This document shows, one piece after another, positions 40,541 through 51,962 of a DNA stretch of 64,000 nucleotides. The first letter of the stretch is position 1. Every line of letters begins with the position of its first letter. Location of the stretch: contig JBBFKW010000008.1 of NCBI GenBank assembly GCA_037481835.1, positions 32,001 to 96,000 on the forward strand. Direction: 5' to 3'. The notes beneath the pieces are model-generated. The model ran no database searches. It was not told the origin of the DNA and was given only the letters and a program-made list of their open reading frames with translations. Both the position numbers and the translations under genes were made by a program. Source of the DNA: Desulfosoma sp. (GTDB taxonomy: Bacteria; Desulfobacterota; Syntrophobacteria; Syntrophobacterales; DSM-9756).

Positions 40541-40933
40541 ATGGCGGAACAAAGCTTTTATGCCACGGGAAAGCGCAAGTCGGCGGTAGCCCGGGTATGG
40601 CTTAAGCCGGGCACGGGTCGCGTGATCATCAACAACAAGCCCATCGATGAATACATCGTTCGGGAAACGAGCAAAATGCTCATCCATCAGCCGCTCATGC
40701 TCACCGGCACTTTCGGCAAGCTGGACGTATACGTCAACGTGAGCGGCGGGGGGCTGAGCGGCCAAGCCGGCGCCATCAAGCACGGCATTTCCAAGGCCCT
40801 GATGGAATTCAACCCCGAGTTCCGCCAGGTTCTTAAGCGCGCCGGATTCATCACCCGAGATTCCCGCGTGAAGGAACGGAAAAAATACGGGCAGCGCGGC
40901 GCACGAGCTCGGTTCCAGTATTCCAAACGCTAG
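40541..40933 (+). CDS. rpsI: 30S ribosomal protein S9
   Basis: [44 protein letters not shown]. Confidence 0.98.
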   Translation: MAEQSFYATGKRKSAVARVWLKPGTGRVIINNKPIDEYIVRETSKMLIHQPLMLTGTFGKLDVYVNVSGGGLSGQAGAIKHGISKALMEFNPEFRQVLKRAGFITRDSRVKERKKYGQRGARARFQYSKR

Positions 40934-41133
40934 GAGTTCATCCGGGAAAGGATGCGCCTCGGGAGCGTGCTCCTGCCGCACGGTATCGCTGGGCGGGTCG
41001 GAGGTTCAAGCTCCCGGGAAATCACGGACCGGCCGACCTTTTTCATACCGGGAAGGAAACCTTTCAGGGGCTCTCGCCGACGGCGCGGGCCCCTGAACTT
41101 TGTTCGGGCTGTGCCGTCGAAAGGAAGACTGTC

Positions 41134-42171
41134 ATGGTGCCTGTGTCCATCGCCGGAGCGTCCGGGTATACGGGTTTTGAACTGCTAAGGCTATTGAGCG
41201 GCCATCCGCGGGTGCGTGTCACCACGATCACCTCTCGCGCCAACCAGGGCGAAGCCCTCGCCGACGTCTATCCGGCCCTGCGCGGCCACGGCGATCTGCA
41301 CTTTGAGGATACGGACCCGGACGTCCTCACGCGAAACGCCCGACTCGTCTTTACCGCCCTGCCCCATCATGCGGCCATGGAAATCATCCCATCCCTCTTG
41401 GACCGTGGGGTCAAGGTGGTGGATCTGAGCGCCGATTTTCGATTCCGGGACGCCGCCGTCTACGAGGCCTGGTATGAAAAGCACACGGCGCCCCATCTTC
41501 TGGAAGAAGCCGTCTACGGCCTTCCGGAGCTGTATCGGGATCGGATCGCCGGTGCCCGCCTCGTGGGCAATCCGGGATGCTATCCCACAAGCATCATCCT
41601 GGCCTGCGCCCCGCTCGTAAAAGAAAAGCTCATCGTGCCGGAAACGATCCTGGCCGATTCCAAATCGGGGGTGACGGGAGCCGGCCGAGGCTTGGCGCTT
41701 ACGACCCATTACTGCGAAGTTAACGACGGCTTTCGGGCCTACAAGGTCGCCGAACATCGCCACACGCCCGAAGTGGAACAGGAATTGAGCCTCCTTGCGG
41801 GAAGGCCTGTGCGCATCACCTTTACGCCCCATCTGGTGCCCATGAGCCGCGGGATTTTGAGCACCGTGTATGCCCAGCTGGCACCCGGCGTGGATGCATC
41901 CAAAGTGACGGAGGCCTTCCGCAGCTTTTATGAATCGGCCCGATTCGTCCGCCTGTGCCCTCCTGGGCAATTCCCCACGACCTTGCAGGTGCGCGGCAGC
42001 AATTACTGCGATATCGCCTGGAAGACCGACCCGCGCACGGGCCGGGTGATCGTGGTTTCCGTCATTGATAACCTGACCCGGGGCGCTTCGGGCCAGGCCG
42101 TGTGCAACATGAACCTCATGCTCGGCTTTCCCGAAGACTGCGGGCTGGAAGCCGCACCGTGGCAGCCGTGA
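41134..42171 (+). CDS. argC: N-acetyl-gamma-glutamyl-phosphate reductase
   Basis: [43 protein letters not shown]. Confidence 0.95.
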   Translation: MVPVSIAGASGYTGFELLRLLSGHPRVRVTTITSRANQGEALADVYPALRGHGDLHFEDTDPDVLTRNARLVFTALPHHAAMEIIPSLLDRGVKVVDLSADFRFRDAAVYEAWYEKHTAPHLLEEAVYGLPELYRDRIAGARLVGNPGCYPTSIILACAPLVKEKLIVPETILADSKSGVTGAGRGLALTTHYCEVNDGFRAYKVAEHRHTPEVEQELSLLAGRPVRITFTPHLVPMSRGILSTVYAQLAPGVDASKVTEAFRSFYESARFVRLCPPGQFPTTLQVRGSNYCDIAWKTDPRTGRVIVVSVIDNLTRGASGQAVCNMNLMLGFPEDCGLEAAPWQP

Positions 42172-43031
42172 GCGCTTCACCGGTTGAACCCTCAGCCGCC
42201 TCCCAGGGCCCGGGCGGGCCGTTTCGTGCCTCCCTGGATCCGCAAGCGAAAAGGAATTTCAAGCTCGTCCTGGAATACGACGGGTCCAACTATCACGGCT
42301 GGCAACGCCAAAAAGGGGTGCTCACCCTTCAGGAAGTGGTGGAATCGAAGCTGGGCATCATGCTGGGACGTCCCGTCACGGTGCGGGCTTCAGGGCGGAC
42401 CGATGCGGGAGTCCATGCCCTAGGGCAGGTGATTAATTTTTATGCCAAAACCCGCCTGGGCCCCCTGGATTTTCAAAGGGGTCTGAACGGCCTCCTGCCG
42501 CCGGACATCGTGGTGCGCCACGCGGAGGAAGTGCCCGATTCCTTTCACGCCTCTTATTCGGCGGTGAGCAAGATTTACGAATACCGCATCCTCAACCGCC
42601 CCCTCCCCTCCGCTCTGGAACGGCTCTACGCCTGGCATGTGCCCAAAACCCTGGACCTGGACCGCATCCGGGAATGCCTTCCCGTGCTCCTGGGCGAACA
42701 CGATTTCAGCGCCTTTATGGCCGCCGGATCTTCGGTGACCAACCCCGTGCGCGTCATGATGGAGGCCCAGGCCTGGCGCCCAGATCCGGATCATCTCTAT
42801 TTCCGCTTTCAAGCGACGGGGTTTTTGCGGCATATGGTGCGCAATCTCGTGGGCACTCTGGTCCAGGCGGGTCGCGGCACCATGACCCCTCGGGACCTGG
42901 CCGCCGTTTTGGAAAGTCGGGATCGGTCGCGGGCGGGCATCACGGCGCCGGCCCACGGGTTGTATCTCGTGTGCGTCTTTTACGGGAGGGGAGAACACAA
43001 CCGCGTTCCACACATAGGGGAAGAGACATGA
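42168..43031 (+). CDS. truA: tRNA pseudouridine(38-40) synthase
   Basis: [44 protein letters not shown] start inferred. Confidence 0.95.
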   Translation: MSASPVEPSAASQGPGGPFRASLDPQAKRNFKLVLEYDGSNYHGWQRQKGVLTLQEVVESKLGIMLGRPVTVRASGRTDAGVHALGQVINFYAKTRLGPLDFQRGLNGLLPPDIVVRHAEEVPDSFHASYSAVSKIYEYRILNRPLPSALERLYAWHVPKTLDLDRIRECLPVLLGEHDFSAFMAAGSSVTNPVRVMMEAQAWRPDPDHLYFRFQATGFLRHMVRNLVGTLVQAGRGTMTPRDLAAVLESRDRSRAGITAPAHGLYLVCVFYGRGEHNRVPHIGEET

Positions 43032-44227
43032 AACTTTCACAGCGAGTCAGCCAGGTGAAACCTTCGGCAACCCTTGCCATCAATTCCAAGGCCAGGCTTC
43101 TGCGCAGTCAAGGAGTGCGGGTCATCAGTTTCGGGGTCGGGGAACCGGATTTCGACACGCCCCATCATATCGGCCAGATGGCGATGCAGGCCGTTCTCAG
43201 GGGACAGACACGGTACACGCCCGTCCAGGGCATTCCGGAACTGAAGGACGCCGTGATCCAGACCGTGGAGGCGGACTACGGCCTTGCCTACGAGCCCGAC
43301 GAAGTGCTTGTCTCGTGCGGCGGCAAACACTGCCTTTACAACCTGTTTCAGGCGGTCTTGGATCCTGGAGACGCCGTAATCATCCCCAGCCCTTACTGGG
43401 TCTCCTATCCCGACATGGTGCGTCTGGCCGGAGCCGAACCCGTGTTTGTGCCGTGTGCCGAGGCGCGCGGCTTCAAAATGACTCCAGAAGATCTTCGCCG
43501 ATCCATCAGCCCGAGGACCCGGATGCTCATCCTCAACAGCCCGTCCAATCCCACGGGAACCCATTATCGACCGGAGGAACTCCGCGCCCTGGCCGAGGTG
43601 CTCCTGGAGCACGATCACGTGATCATCGTATCCGACGATATTTATTACCGAATCCTCTTCGACGATCTGGCCTGGGCCAATATCGCCATGGTGGAACCCC
43701 GGCTGAAGGAACGCACCTTCATCGTCAACGGTGTCAGTAAGACCTACGCCATGACGGGGTGGCGCATCGGCTATCTTCTGGGACATCGGGATGTGATCAA
43801 GGCCGCGGGAAAAATCCAGAGCCAATCGACGAGCAACCCGTCATCCGTGGCCCAGTGGGCGGCCGTGGCGGCGCTCAAAGGCGAACAAGAAACCTGCCGC
43901 ACGATGGTTGAGGTCTTTGCCGAACGGCGGGCCTATGTCATGGACCGGCTGGCACGGCTGCCCGGGGTGACCTGCCCCGTGCCCGATGGAGCCTTTTATG
44001 TTTTTCCCAACGTGAGCGCCTTCTATGGGGCAAAAGTGGGAGGACGGACCATCGACGGCTCGTCCACCCTGGCGGATTACCTCATGGAAGAAGTGCACCT
44101 GGCAGTGGTTCCCGGGGAAGCCTTCGGGGAAGACCGATGCATTCGGCTGTCTTTCGCCCTGTCCATGGAGGAGCTGCGGGAAGGGTTCGACCGCCTGGAA
44201 AAGGCCCTGCTGCGCCTTCGGGGGTGA
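43028..44227 (+). CDS. PLP-dependent aspartate aminotransferase-like (class I/II)
   Basis: VGEPDFDTP, PYWVSY, NSPSNPTG, SDDIY, SKTYAMTGWRIG. Confidence 0.9.
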   Translation: MKLSQRVSQVKPSATLAINSKARLLRSQGVRVISFGVGEPDFDTPHHIGQMAMQAVLRGQTRYTPVQGIPELKDAVIQTVEADYGLAYEPDEVLVSCGGKHCLYNLFQAVLDPGDAVIIPSPYWVSYPDMVRLAGAEPVFVPCAEARGFKMTPEDLRRSISPRTRMLILNSPSNPTGTHYRPEELRALAEVLLEHDHVIIVSDDIYYRILFDDLAWANIAMVEPRLKERTFIVNGVSKTYAMTGWRIGYLLGHRDVIKAAGKIQSQSTSNPSSVAQWAAVAALKGEQETCRTMVEVFAERRAYVMDRLARLPGVTCPVPDGAFYVFPNVSAFYGAKVGGRTIDGSSTLADYLMEEVHLAVVPGEAFGEDRCIRLSFALSMEELREGFDRLEKALLRLRG

Positions 44228-44240
44228 GTGCGGGGGGGTG

Positions 44241-44538
44241 CCCCCCTCACCCTACCCTCTCCCCCCAAAGGGGGGAGAGGGTTCGAGAAGCTTGCGTATT
44301 GCCAGGCCTCCACTTCCCACTTTATCCCCCAAGGGGGGGGAGGGGGCGTGAAGTTTTCGTATTGCCAGGCCCTTACTTTCCACCCTATCCCCCAAAGGGG
44401 GGAGAGGGGGCGTGAAGCTTGCATACTGCCAGGCCTCCACTTCCCACTTTATCTTAAAAGGGGGGAGAGGGTGCGCGAAGTTTTCGTATTGCCGGGCCCT
44501 TACTTTCCAGCCCATCCCCCAAGGGGGGGGAGAGGGGG
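44241..44538. repeat. Tandem array of about 4.7 units of 63-64 bp (BoxC-like C-rich/G-rich palindrome), ABAB higher order
   Basis: GAAG(C/T)TT..TA(T/C)TGCC anchor at 44287, 44350, 44414 and 44477. Confidence 0.85.
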
Positions 44539-44599
44539 CATGGTTGCGCCTTCGGTGCATTAAACGAGGCTATCCCCAAACCTCCGGGATGTCGGAAAT

Positions 44600-44630
44600 G
44601 TAGGTTGGGGTGAGCGCAGCGAACCCCAAC
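44600..44630 (+). repeat. GTAG-type REP hairpin
   Basis: GTAGGTTGGGGTGAGCGCAGCGAACCCCAAC, identical to 62037-62067. Confidence 0.8.
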
Positions 44631-44671
44631 ACACTCCCCCCAACCTCCTATGGGATCTCTCTCACGGATCC

Positions 44672-46096
44672 CTAAACCACGCCCTTTTCTTTCAGCTGCT
44701 GGAGCCTGCCTTTACCCACGCCGAGGTATTTTTGGTAAATGAACTCGTTGTCCGCGCCCACGGGCCGGCAAATCCACTTGATGCGCCCGGGGGTTCGGCT
44801 CATGGCCTTGAACGACGAATTCTGGATGAGCACTTCTCCGTAGTAGGGGTCTTTGCGCTTGACGAAACTTTCCCGCACGCGCCAGTGCTCCCGGGTGAGC
44901 ACATCCGTGGGCGTTTCCAGACGGCCTGTTACCACAGTGCCCTTCTTGTCGGGACGGCGGCTGTATTCCGTGAGCATCTGCAGGATTTCCTCCGAGGTGT
45001 AGTTTTCCGTAAACTTTTCAATTTCGTGCTGGATCTTGGGCTGGTTTTCCGGCGTGAGCCGTTCCTTGATGGTCGGGAACATTTTCTGCAAATCGGGCCG
45101 ATTCATGATCTCGCACAAGGCCGCCCAATTGGGATCCGTAAAACCGGACATGAAGGTATAGCCGTCCTTGCACTTTACATAGGTGTAAGGGAAGACCGCG
45201 TAGTCATAATTGCCCGCCCGCGGCATTTCGTTTCCGGACATGTGGTAATATTGCATTACGTAATTGGAAATGGCCATGAGGCCTTCCGGAGGGGAACAAT
45301 CCACGAATTGTCCTTGGCCTGTACGGCGCTTGACCAACATGGCCGCCTGGATGCCGAATGCGGCCCAGGCGCCGCCCACGTACCAGCCCATCCAGTTGCC
45401 GTGCTTCAAGGGCCTCTTGTATTCGGGGGGAACTTCCGGGTCCAGATCGGGCTCACCGGTAATGGACATGATCACGCCGCGGGCTTGGGCCACGATGTCG
45501 TAGTCCGGCTGGTTGCTGAATTTTTCAGAATCCTCGCCGAACTGGCCGTAGCTGTGCATGGCACAGTAAATGAGACCCGGGTTGAGGGCCTTGAGTTGTT
45601 CGTAGCCGATGCCCAGCTTGTCCATGTACCCCGGTTTGAAGGCTTCAATGACCACATCGGCCCGGGACGCCAGGGTGCGGAACATGGCTTGGCCTTCCGC
45701 CGTTTCCAGATTGAGCGTGATATGGAATTTGTTTCGCGCCTCGGTCATGTAGGCCAGCCCGGTGTCCTTGATCATGATGCCGTAGGGCGTCATTTTCCGG
45801 GCCAAATCCCCCGCCGGAGGCTCGATGCGGATCACTTCCGCGCCGAATTCCGCAAGGATCGACGACGCGTACAGGGCACCGAAGTTGGCGTAGCTCACAT
45901 CCAGCACCAGCATGTCGTCCAGGGCTTCCGGCTTTCGGAAGCTATCCCTTGGATTGGTTTCCGCGTACGCCCACTTGGCGTACCCTTCGTTGATGGCAAG
46001 ACCGACGATGGTCTTGTCTTCTTTGAGCATGGCGGCCAGAGCGTCATCGTCGAACATATCGTCATAGACCGAAGGTCCCAATTTCTTGTCCGTCAT
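44672..46096 (-). CDS. Class III CoA-transferase (CaiB/BbsF-like)
   Basis: [46 protein letters not shown]. Confidence 0.9.
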   Translation of the reverse strand: MTDKKLGPSVYDDMFDDDALAAMLKEDKTIVGLAINEGYAKWAYAETNPRDSFRKPEALDDMLVLDVSYANFGALYASSILAEFGAEVIRIEPPAGDLARKMTPYGIMIKDTGLAYMTEARNKFHITLNLETAEGQAMFRTLASRADVVIEAFKPGYMDKLGIGYEQLKALNPGLIYCAMHSYGQFGEDSEKFSNQPDYDIVAQARGVIMSITGEPDLDPEVPPEYKRPLKHGNWMGWYVGGAWAAFGIQAAMLVKRRTGQGQFVDCSPPEGLMAISNYVMQYYHMSGNEMPRAGNYDYAVFPYTYVKCKDGYTFMSGFTDPNWAALCEIMNRPDLQKMFPTIKERLTPENQPKIQHEIEKFTENYTSEEILQMLTEYSRRPDKKGTVVTGRLETPTDVLTREHWRVRESFVKRKDPYYGEVLIQNSSFKAMSRTPGRIKWICRPVGADNEFIYQKYLGVGKGRLQQLKEKGVV

Positions 46097-46135
46097 TCTC
46101 GTCCTCCCGAACCGAAAAGGTGATCGTCTGGTGTC

Positions 46136-47470
46136 TTAGGCCAGTTTCAACCCGCTCTTGCCGTCCCAGTCAGGCGGCGGGCAATGGGACGGCACGGCCG
46201 GGTTCCATTGGAAGATGACCTTTTCCGCTTTCAGCCGTTCCACTTCGTCGTGCGGCAGACCCAGGAGCTTGGTGAGCACGTATTCGTTGTCGAACCCCAG
46301 AGGCCGGCATCCCCACAAGAGTCGGCTCGGCGTTTCGCTCATGCGCGGCGGGTACACCTGCTGGACCATGGGACCGTACAGGGCGTCTTCGTATTCCTGC
46401 ACGGCGCCCCTTTGACGGAAATGGGGCCGATGATAGGCGTCCTTGGCCGTGATGACCCGCGAGGCGGCAAACCCGTACTGATTGCCCAACGCTTCCACCT
46501 CTTCCACTTTCTTCGTGCGCGTCCAGGCATCGATGATCTTCAAGAGTTCCCGGGCGTTTTCGTCCTTGAGCCTTTCCAGGGGGTCGGCGAACCGTTGGGC
46601 CAGTTCCGGTTTTCCCATGGCTTGGCACAAGCCTTGGAAAGACGCGTCATCGAAGGCGGCCAGAGCGATCCAGCCGTCCGAACAATCGAAAAGATCGGAC
46701 GGGCACACCGCCAGGTCTCGGTTTCCGGACCGGGGCCGGTCTTTCCCCGTAAGGTACGTGTATAGCCACGTCCAATCCAAGAAGCGGATGACGTTTTCCA
46801 CCTGCATGTAATCGATGAATTGGCCTTCCCCGGTGCGCTCACGGTAATTGAGAGCGGCCATGATGGCCACGGCGCACATCAAGGCCGTGATCCAGTCGGC
46901 AATCCACACTCCCGACTTGATGGGCCCTCGGCCTTCAAAGCCGGTGATGGGAGAAAGGGCGCCCATGCTCTGGGCCACGGCGTCATAGCTCGTGCGGCCG
47001 GTCCACGGCCCCCAGCTCCCATAGCCCGACACATGAAGCTGAATGATCCGGGGGTTCACTTCCCGGAGTTCCTTGTAGCTCAAGCCCCATTCCGCCATGC
47101 GGCCGGGAGTCAAATTGTCTGCTACCACATCGGCCTTCTTGACCAGTTCCAGGAACAATTCCTTCGCTTTGGGATGGCCCAAGTGCATTCCCACCCAGTA
47201 CTTATTGTGGTTTTCAATCTCCAGACCCGGCGACATGTTCTTCCAGAAGAAGGCGTAGGGGGTCACAAAACGCATCTGGTCGCCCTTTTGCCCCTCGAAC
47301 TTGATGACCTCGGCGCCGAATTCCGCCAGGTAGTCACAACACGCCGGGCCCAAAACCACGTAACAGACCTCCAGGACCCGAACCCCCTCCAGGGGCATGC
47401 GCTTTCCAAAAAGGTTTTCCACGTTGAACAATTCCTTCATGCGCTGCTGGTACGATTTGCCTTGGTCCAT
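46136..47470 (-). CDS. Class III CoA-transferase (CaiB/BbsE-F-like)
   Basis: [45 protein letters not shown]. Confidence 0.9.
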   Translation of the reverse strand: MDQGKSYQQRMKELFNVENLFGKRMPLEGVRVLEVCYVVLGPACCDYLAEFGAEVIKFEGQKGDQMRFVTPYAFFWKNMSPGLEIENHNKYWVGMHLGHPKAKELFLELVKKADVVADNLTPGRMAEWGLSYKELREVNPRIIQLHVSGYGSWGPWTGRTSYDAVAQSMGALSPITGFEGRGPIKSGVWIADWITALMCAVAIMAALNYRERTGEGQFIDYMQVENVIRFLDWTWLYTYLTGKDRPRSGNRDLAVCPSDLFDCSDGWIALAAFDDASFQGLCQAMGKPELAQRFADPLERLKDENARELLKIIDAWTRTKKVEEVEALGNQYGFAASRVITAKDAYHRPHFRQRGAVQEYEDALYGPMVQQVYPPRMSETPSRLLWGCRPLGFDNEYVLTKLLGLPHDEVERLKAEKVIFQWNPAVPSHCPPPDWDGKSGLKLA

Positions 47471-47783
47471 TCAGATACCTCCTCTGGGTTGGCGAATCGT
47501 TCTTCGGGTCCGAACACTTCGGACCGGCCTCGGGTGGGATAAACAGAGATGACGGCTTCACGGACCGATCGGAACAAAGCACGGGGAAAGAACCCTGGGT
47601 GCGCTGAAGAGGTCGAGGAGGCCTGAAGGGGGAAAGGTGTCGCTGGATCCTGTGACGTCGCAGAAGATGAGCAAGATTCGCCGTCGCGCGCGTCCGAACG
47701 GTCTTTTTGTGAACCGAGTTTGCTTCTAGCAAAATCCTTCAGGTCGGGTCAAGGAAGATTTAGGGAAGATGCGGGATTTTGGG

Positions 47784-47812
47784 TTGACAGACAAGGGAGA
47801 GTCAAGTAGAGA
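47784..47812 (+). promoter_or_regulatory. Putative sigma70 promoter of the liv operon
   Basis: TTGACA-N17-TAGAGA. Confidence 0.4.
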
Positions 47813-47903
47813 GCAAGGGGCGTGTTTCAGTGAATAATCTTGAGATGTTGGACCTTGTTCGGGCATTTGGGGATCGTTAAAGACGCAGGCAAAGGAGGGT
47901 ACT

Positions 47904-49034
47904 ATGGGACGCAGAAGGTGGACGGTTCTTTTGGCTGGTTTGTGCTGTGCGGCCTTCGCTTTGGCGGGACCCGCAGCCGCCGAGGACACCATCAAGATCG
48001 GGGCCTATCTGCCCATGACCGGAGCGGTGGCGGCCTACGGCCAGATGGAATGGGACGGCATCCAGATCGCCAATGAGATCAAGCCCACGGTGTTGGGCAA
48101 AAAGATCGAGCTGGTCCTTGTGGACACCAAGAGCGACAAGATCGAGGCGGCCAACGCCGTGAGTCGCCTGGTGGAAAAGGAAAAGGTGGCGGGAATCATC
48201 GGGGAAGCCATCAGCGGCAACTCCATGGCCGGCAATCCCATTTCGGAAGCCGCCAAGATCGTCTCGGTCAGTCCCACAGCGACCAACCCGCTGGTGACGC
48301 AGGGCAAGCAGTACGCCTTCCGCGCCTGCTTCATCGACCCGTTCCAGGGGGAAGTGGCGGCCCGCTTTGCGGTCAATGAACTCAAGGCCAAAACCGCCGC
48401 CGTCATCATCGACATCGCTCAGGACTACTGCGTGGGGCTCGCCAATTTCTTCGTCAAGGAATTCGTGAAACTCGGCGGCAAGGTCGTCTCCACCACCTAC
48501 ATCCAGACCGGCGACCAGGACTTTTCGGCCCAGCTTTCCTCCGTGCAGGCCGCCAAGCCCGACATCATTTATGCGCCCAACTACTACACGGAAGACGCTC
48601 TGATGGCCAAACAAGCCCGGGATCTGGGCATCAACGCGCCCATCCTCACGGGTGACGGCGCCCAGGCCGAAGAACTCATCAAGATCGGCGGCAAGGCGGT
48701 GGAAGGCATGTACTTTACCGGTCATTTTCACAAAGAAGCCGCATCCACCGATCTGGCAAAGGAATACATCAAGCGGTTTGAAGACAAGAAAAAGAAGGAA
48801 GCCGACGCCTTCGGGGCTCTTGCGGCCGACGCTTACTTCCTGCTCATCGAAGCCATCGAAAAGGCCGGATCCACAGACGGCACCAAGGTCCGCGAAGCCA
48901 TGGTGGCCATCAAGAACTTCCCCGGCGTTTCGGGCATGATCACCATGCAGGATAACGGCAACCCGGTAAAGAGCATGGTCATCAACAAGGTCAAGGACGG
49001 CAAGTTCGTCTATGTGACGACCGTGAACCCGTAA
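47904..49034 (+). CDS. livK: Branched-chain amino acid-type ABC substrate-binding protein
   Basis: Signal peptide, IKIGAYLPMTG, FRACFIDPFQG, GDQDFSAQL. Confidence 0.9.
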   Translation: MGRRRWTVLLAGLCCAAFALAGPAAAEDTIKIGAYLPMTGAVAAYGQMEWDGIQIANEIKPTVLGKKIELVLVDTKSDKIEAANAVSRLVEKEKVAGIIGEAISGNSMAGNPISEAAKIVSVSPTATNPLVTQGKQYAFRACFIDPFQGEVAARFAVNELKAKTAAVIIDIAQDYCVGLANFFVKEFVKLGGKVVSTTYIQTGDQDFSAQLSSVQAAKPDIIYAPNYYTEDALMAKQARDLGINAPILTGDGAQAEELIKIGGKAVEGMYFTGHFHKEAASTDLAKEYIKRFEDKKKKEADAFGALAADAYFLLIEAIEKAGSTDGTKVREAMVAIKNFPGVSGMITMQDNGNPVKSMVINKVKDGKFVYVTTVNP

Positions 49035-49220
49035 GGCTTCGGGACGGCCCATCCTCTTCACCCAGACGGAGGGACGAGGACCGGGCCGAGCGGAGGCGCC
49101 CGCGAGGCGCCATGCCCCGGGGCTTACTTGGAAACCCCTAAGCCATGGAGGAGCAGGGCCGAAGTCATACGCCCTGCTCTTTTTTGCGTCACGCCTCTTG
49201 GAATCGCTAAAGGACACATC

Positions 49221-50114
49221 GTGACGGCAACCAACTTCATGCAACAAATCATCAACGGGATCTCCCTGGGGAGTCTTTACGCCCTGGTGGCCATCGGCTA
49301 CACGATGGTCTACGGGATTCTTCGGCTGATCAATTTCGCCCACGGGGATCTCCTCATGGTGGCGGCCTATGCGGCCATCTACGCCGTGTCCCTCTTAAGC
49401 CTTCCCTGGCAGATCAGTTTTCCGCTGGTCATGGTCCTGACGGGCCTTTTCGGTATCCTTCTCGACCGCGTGGCTTACAAACCTCTGCGGGACGCCCCCC
49501 GCATCTCCTTGCTCATTTCGGCCATCGGCGCCTCATTCCTTCTGGAAAACCTGGCCATTGTCCTGATCGGCGGGGTTCCCAAGGGCTTCCCGCGTCCGGA
49601 GGCCTTCGCCAGGGTCATCGACCTTTGGGGCCTGCGCATCCAGGTGCTCACCGTCTACACCCCCGTCCTCACCCTGGTCCTCCTCATGGGCTTGCTCTAC
49701 ATTGTCCATCGCACCAAGGTGGGAAAGGCCATGAGGGCAGCCTCCAAGGATTTCGAAACGACCCGACTCATGGGCATCAATCTGGACCGGATCATTGCCG
49801 TGACGTTCTTTCTCGGATCGAGTCTCGCGGCGGCGGGCGGCATCATGTGGGCCATGAAGTACCCTCAGGTCAACCCGTTCATGGGGGTCATCCCAGGCCT
49901 GAAAGCCTTCATCGCCGCGGTCCTGGGCGGGATCGGCAACATTGTGGGCGCCGTGGTGGGCGGATTCGTCCTGGGCCTCGGGGAAATCCTCATCGTCGCC
50001 TTGTTTCCCCAAATGGCCCAGTATCGGGACGCCTTCGCCTTTACCGTGCTGATCCTGGTGCTTCTCTTCCGCCCCACGGGCATCATGGGCGAACCCATTA
50101 CGGATAAGACGTGA
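49221..50114 (+). CDS. livH: BCAA ABC permease
   Basis: QQIINGISLGSLYALVAIGYTMVYGILRLINFAHG, KAFIAAVLGGIG. Confidence 0.92.
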   Translation: MTATNFMQQIINGISLGSLYALVAIGYTMVYGILRLINFAHGDLLMVAAYAAIYAVSLLSLPWQISFPLVMVLTGLFGILLDRVAYKPLRDAPRISLLISAIGASFLLENLAIVLIGGVPKGFPRPEAFARVIDLWGLRIQVLTVYTPVLTLVLLMGLLYIVHRTKVGKAMRAASKDFETTRLMGINLDRIIAVTFFLGSSLAAAGGIMWAMKYPQVNPFMGVIPGLKAFIAAVLGGIGNIVGAVVGGFVLGLGEILIVALFPQMAQYRDAFAFTVLILVLLFRPTGIMGEPITDKT

Positions 50115-50134
50115 GTCCCTCGAAGGATTCCATC

Positions 50135-51178
50135 ATGGAAACGTCCATACGAAACACCCTGTGCAATATTGCGCTCTTGGCCGTCTTGGCCGTGGTGCTC
50201 TATGTCTTCGAAAAGCACGGCACCGAATACCAGATCCGCATTCTCAACAACATGGCCATCTTCATCACGCTGGCGGTGAGCTACAACCTGGTGAACGGCT
50301 TCTGCGGCATCCTCCACCTGGGCCCCAACGCCTTCATTACCATCGGAGCCTACACGTCGGCACTGCTCACCATGAGCCCCGCGGAAAAGCAGTTGAGCTT
50401 CATCATCGAGCCGCTCATCTGGCCTTTGAGCGTCATCCAGGTGCCGTTTGCCGTCTCCTTGATCGCTGCAGGGGTTACGGCCACCGTTTTCGCCTTCCTG
50501 ATCAGTTTCCCCGTGTTCCGTGTGCGGGGCGACTATCTCGCCATCGTCACCCTGGGCTTCGGCGAAGTGATCCGCGTGCTCTGCAACGCCATGCAAAGCC
50601 TGACCAACGGCCCCCTGGGCCTGAAGGGCCTTACGCCGTACACCACCCTGTGGTGGTCGTGGGGGGTGGCCGTTTTCACCGTCGTGGTCATCACCAAGCT
50701 CGTCAACAGCAGCTACGGTCGGGCCATGAAGGCCATTCGCGAAGACGAAACGGCAGCCAAGGCCATGGGCGTGGATCCCTATCGGCATCTCCTGCTGGCC
50801 TTTCTTATCAGCGCTTTCTTTTCCGGTGTCGCCGGAGGACTCCTGGCTCACCTCATCACGACCATTTCCCCGACCCTGTTCACGTTCTTCTTGACCTTCA
50901 ATCTCCTCATCATCATCGTCGTCGGCGGTTTGGGCAGCACAAGCGGGGCCGTCATCGCGGCGGCGCTTTTCGCCTGGGGCGGGGAGGCCTTGCGGGTGGT
51001 GGAAAGCCCCATGAACCTGGGCTTCGTCACCCTTCCCGGCATCCCGGGAATGCGCATGGTCCTTTTCAGCATCATCCTCATGGTGGTCATCCTCTTTGCC
51101 CGGCGCGGCATCATGGGGCGAAGCGAACTGTCCTGGAACCGAGTGTTCGCCGCGCTCCGCCTTCAGACCAAGGCATAG
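50135..51178 (+). CDS. livM: BCAA ABC permease
   Basis: RVRGDYLAIVTLGFGE, GRAMKAIREDE, VGGLGS. Confidence 0.92.
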   Translation: METSIRNTLCNIALLAVLAVVLYVFEKHGTEYQIRILNNMAIFITLAVSYNLVNGFCGILHLGPNAFITIGAYTSALLTMSPAEKQLSFIIEPLIWPLSVIQVPFAVSLIAAGVTATVFAFLISFPVFRVRGDYLAIVTLGFGEVIRVLCNAMQSLTNGPLGLKGLTPYTTLWWSWGVAVFTVVVITKLVNSSYGRAMKAIREDETAAKAMGVDPYRHLLLAFLISAFFSGVAGGLLAHLITTISPTLFTFFLTFNLLIIIVVGGLGSTSGAVIAAALFAWGGEALRVVESPMNLGFVTLPGIPGMRMVLFSIILMVVILFARRGIMGRSELSWNRVFAALRLQTKA

Positions 51179-51188
51179 GGTAGTGGGC

Positions 51189-51962
51189 ATGAACGATTTC
51201 TTCCGACTTGACAACCTGGTCATGCAGTTCGGAGGCCTCACGGCCGTCAAGGATTTTTCCATCACCATCGACCCCGGGGAATTGGTGGGACTCATCGGCC
51301 CCAATGGAGCGGGCAAGACGACGGTGTTCAACATGATCACGGGCTTCCTGACCCCCACATCCGGCAAGGTCCTGTGGCAGGGACAGGATATCACCGGCCG
51401 GCCCCCCCACGCCGTCACCGCTCAAGGGATCGCCCGAACATTTCAGAACATCCGCCTCTTTTCGGACATGACCGTTTTGGAAAACGTCATGGTCTCCTTC
51501 CATCATACGATCCGTTCCCGGTTTTGGAAGGCCATGCTGGGGCTGCCATCCCACAAGAGGGAAGAGCGGCGGATCGAAAAAGAAGCGCGCGGCTTTTTGG
51601 AAGAACTCCACTTGGGACACCTTGCCGACGAAAAGGCCGGCTCCCTGCCCTACGGTCAGCAACGCCGCTTGGAAATCGCTCGGGCCCTGGCCGCCCGGCC
51701 GAAACTGCTCTTGCTGGACGAACCGGCCGCAGGCATGAACCCCCAGGAGACCATGGAGCTGGCCAAGCTCGTTCGGGAAATTCGAGATCGGCACCGGCTG
51801 ACCATTTTTCTCATCGAGCACGACATGAAATTCGTCATGGGCCTTTGCGAACGGATAAAGGTCCTGGATTATGGGATCACCATCGCCGAAGGCACGCCTG
51901 GGGAAATCCAGCGCCATCCCGACGTCATCAAGGCTTACCTGGGAGAGCCCAAGCATGCTTGA
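51189..51962 (+). CDS. livG: BCAA ABC ATP-binding protein
   Basis: FGGLTAV, GPNGAGKTT, LPYGQQRRLEIARAL, DEPAAG. Confidence 0.93.
   Translation: MNDFFRLDNLVMQFGGLTAVKDFSITIDPGELVGLIGPNGAGKTTVFNMITGFLTPTSGKVLWQGQDITGRPPHAVTAQGIARTFQNIRLFSDMTVLENVMVSFHHTIRSRFWKAMLGLPSHKREERRIEKEARGFLEELHLGHLADEKAGSLPYGQQRRLEIARALAARPKLLLLDEPAAGMNPQETMELAKLVREIRDRHRLTIFLIEHDMKFVMGLCERIKVLDYGITIAEGTPGEIQRHPDVIKAYLGEPKHA

Noticed and set aside
44241..44538. CRISPR array (period of about 63 bp)
   Set aside because: The would-be spacers are themselves repeated (ABAB), the repeats are degenerate and there are no cas genes
44077..44603. Small repetitive ORFs over the tandem array
   Set aside because: By-products of the DNA repeat; the frame shifts between units and there is no SD
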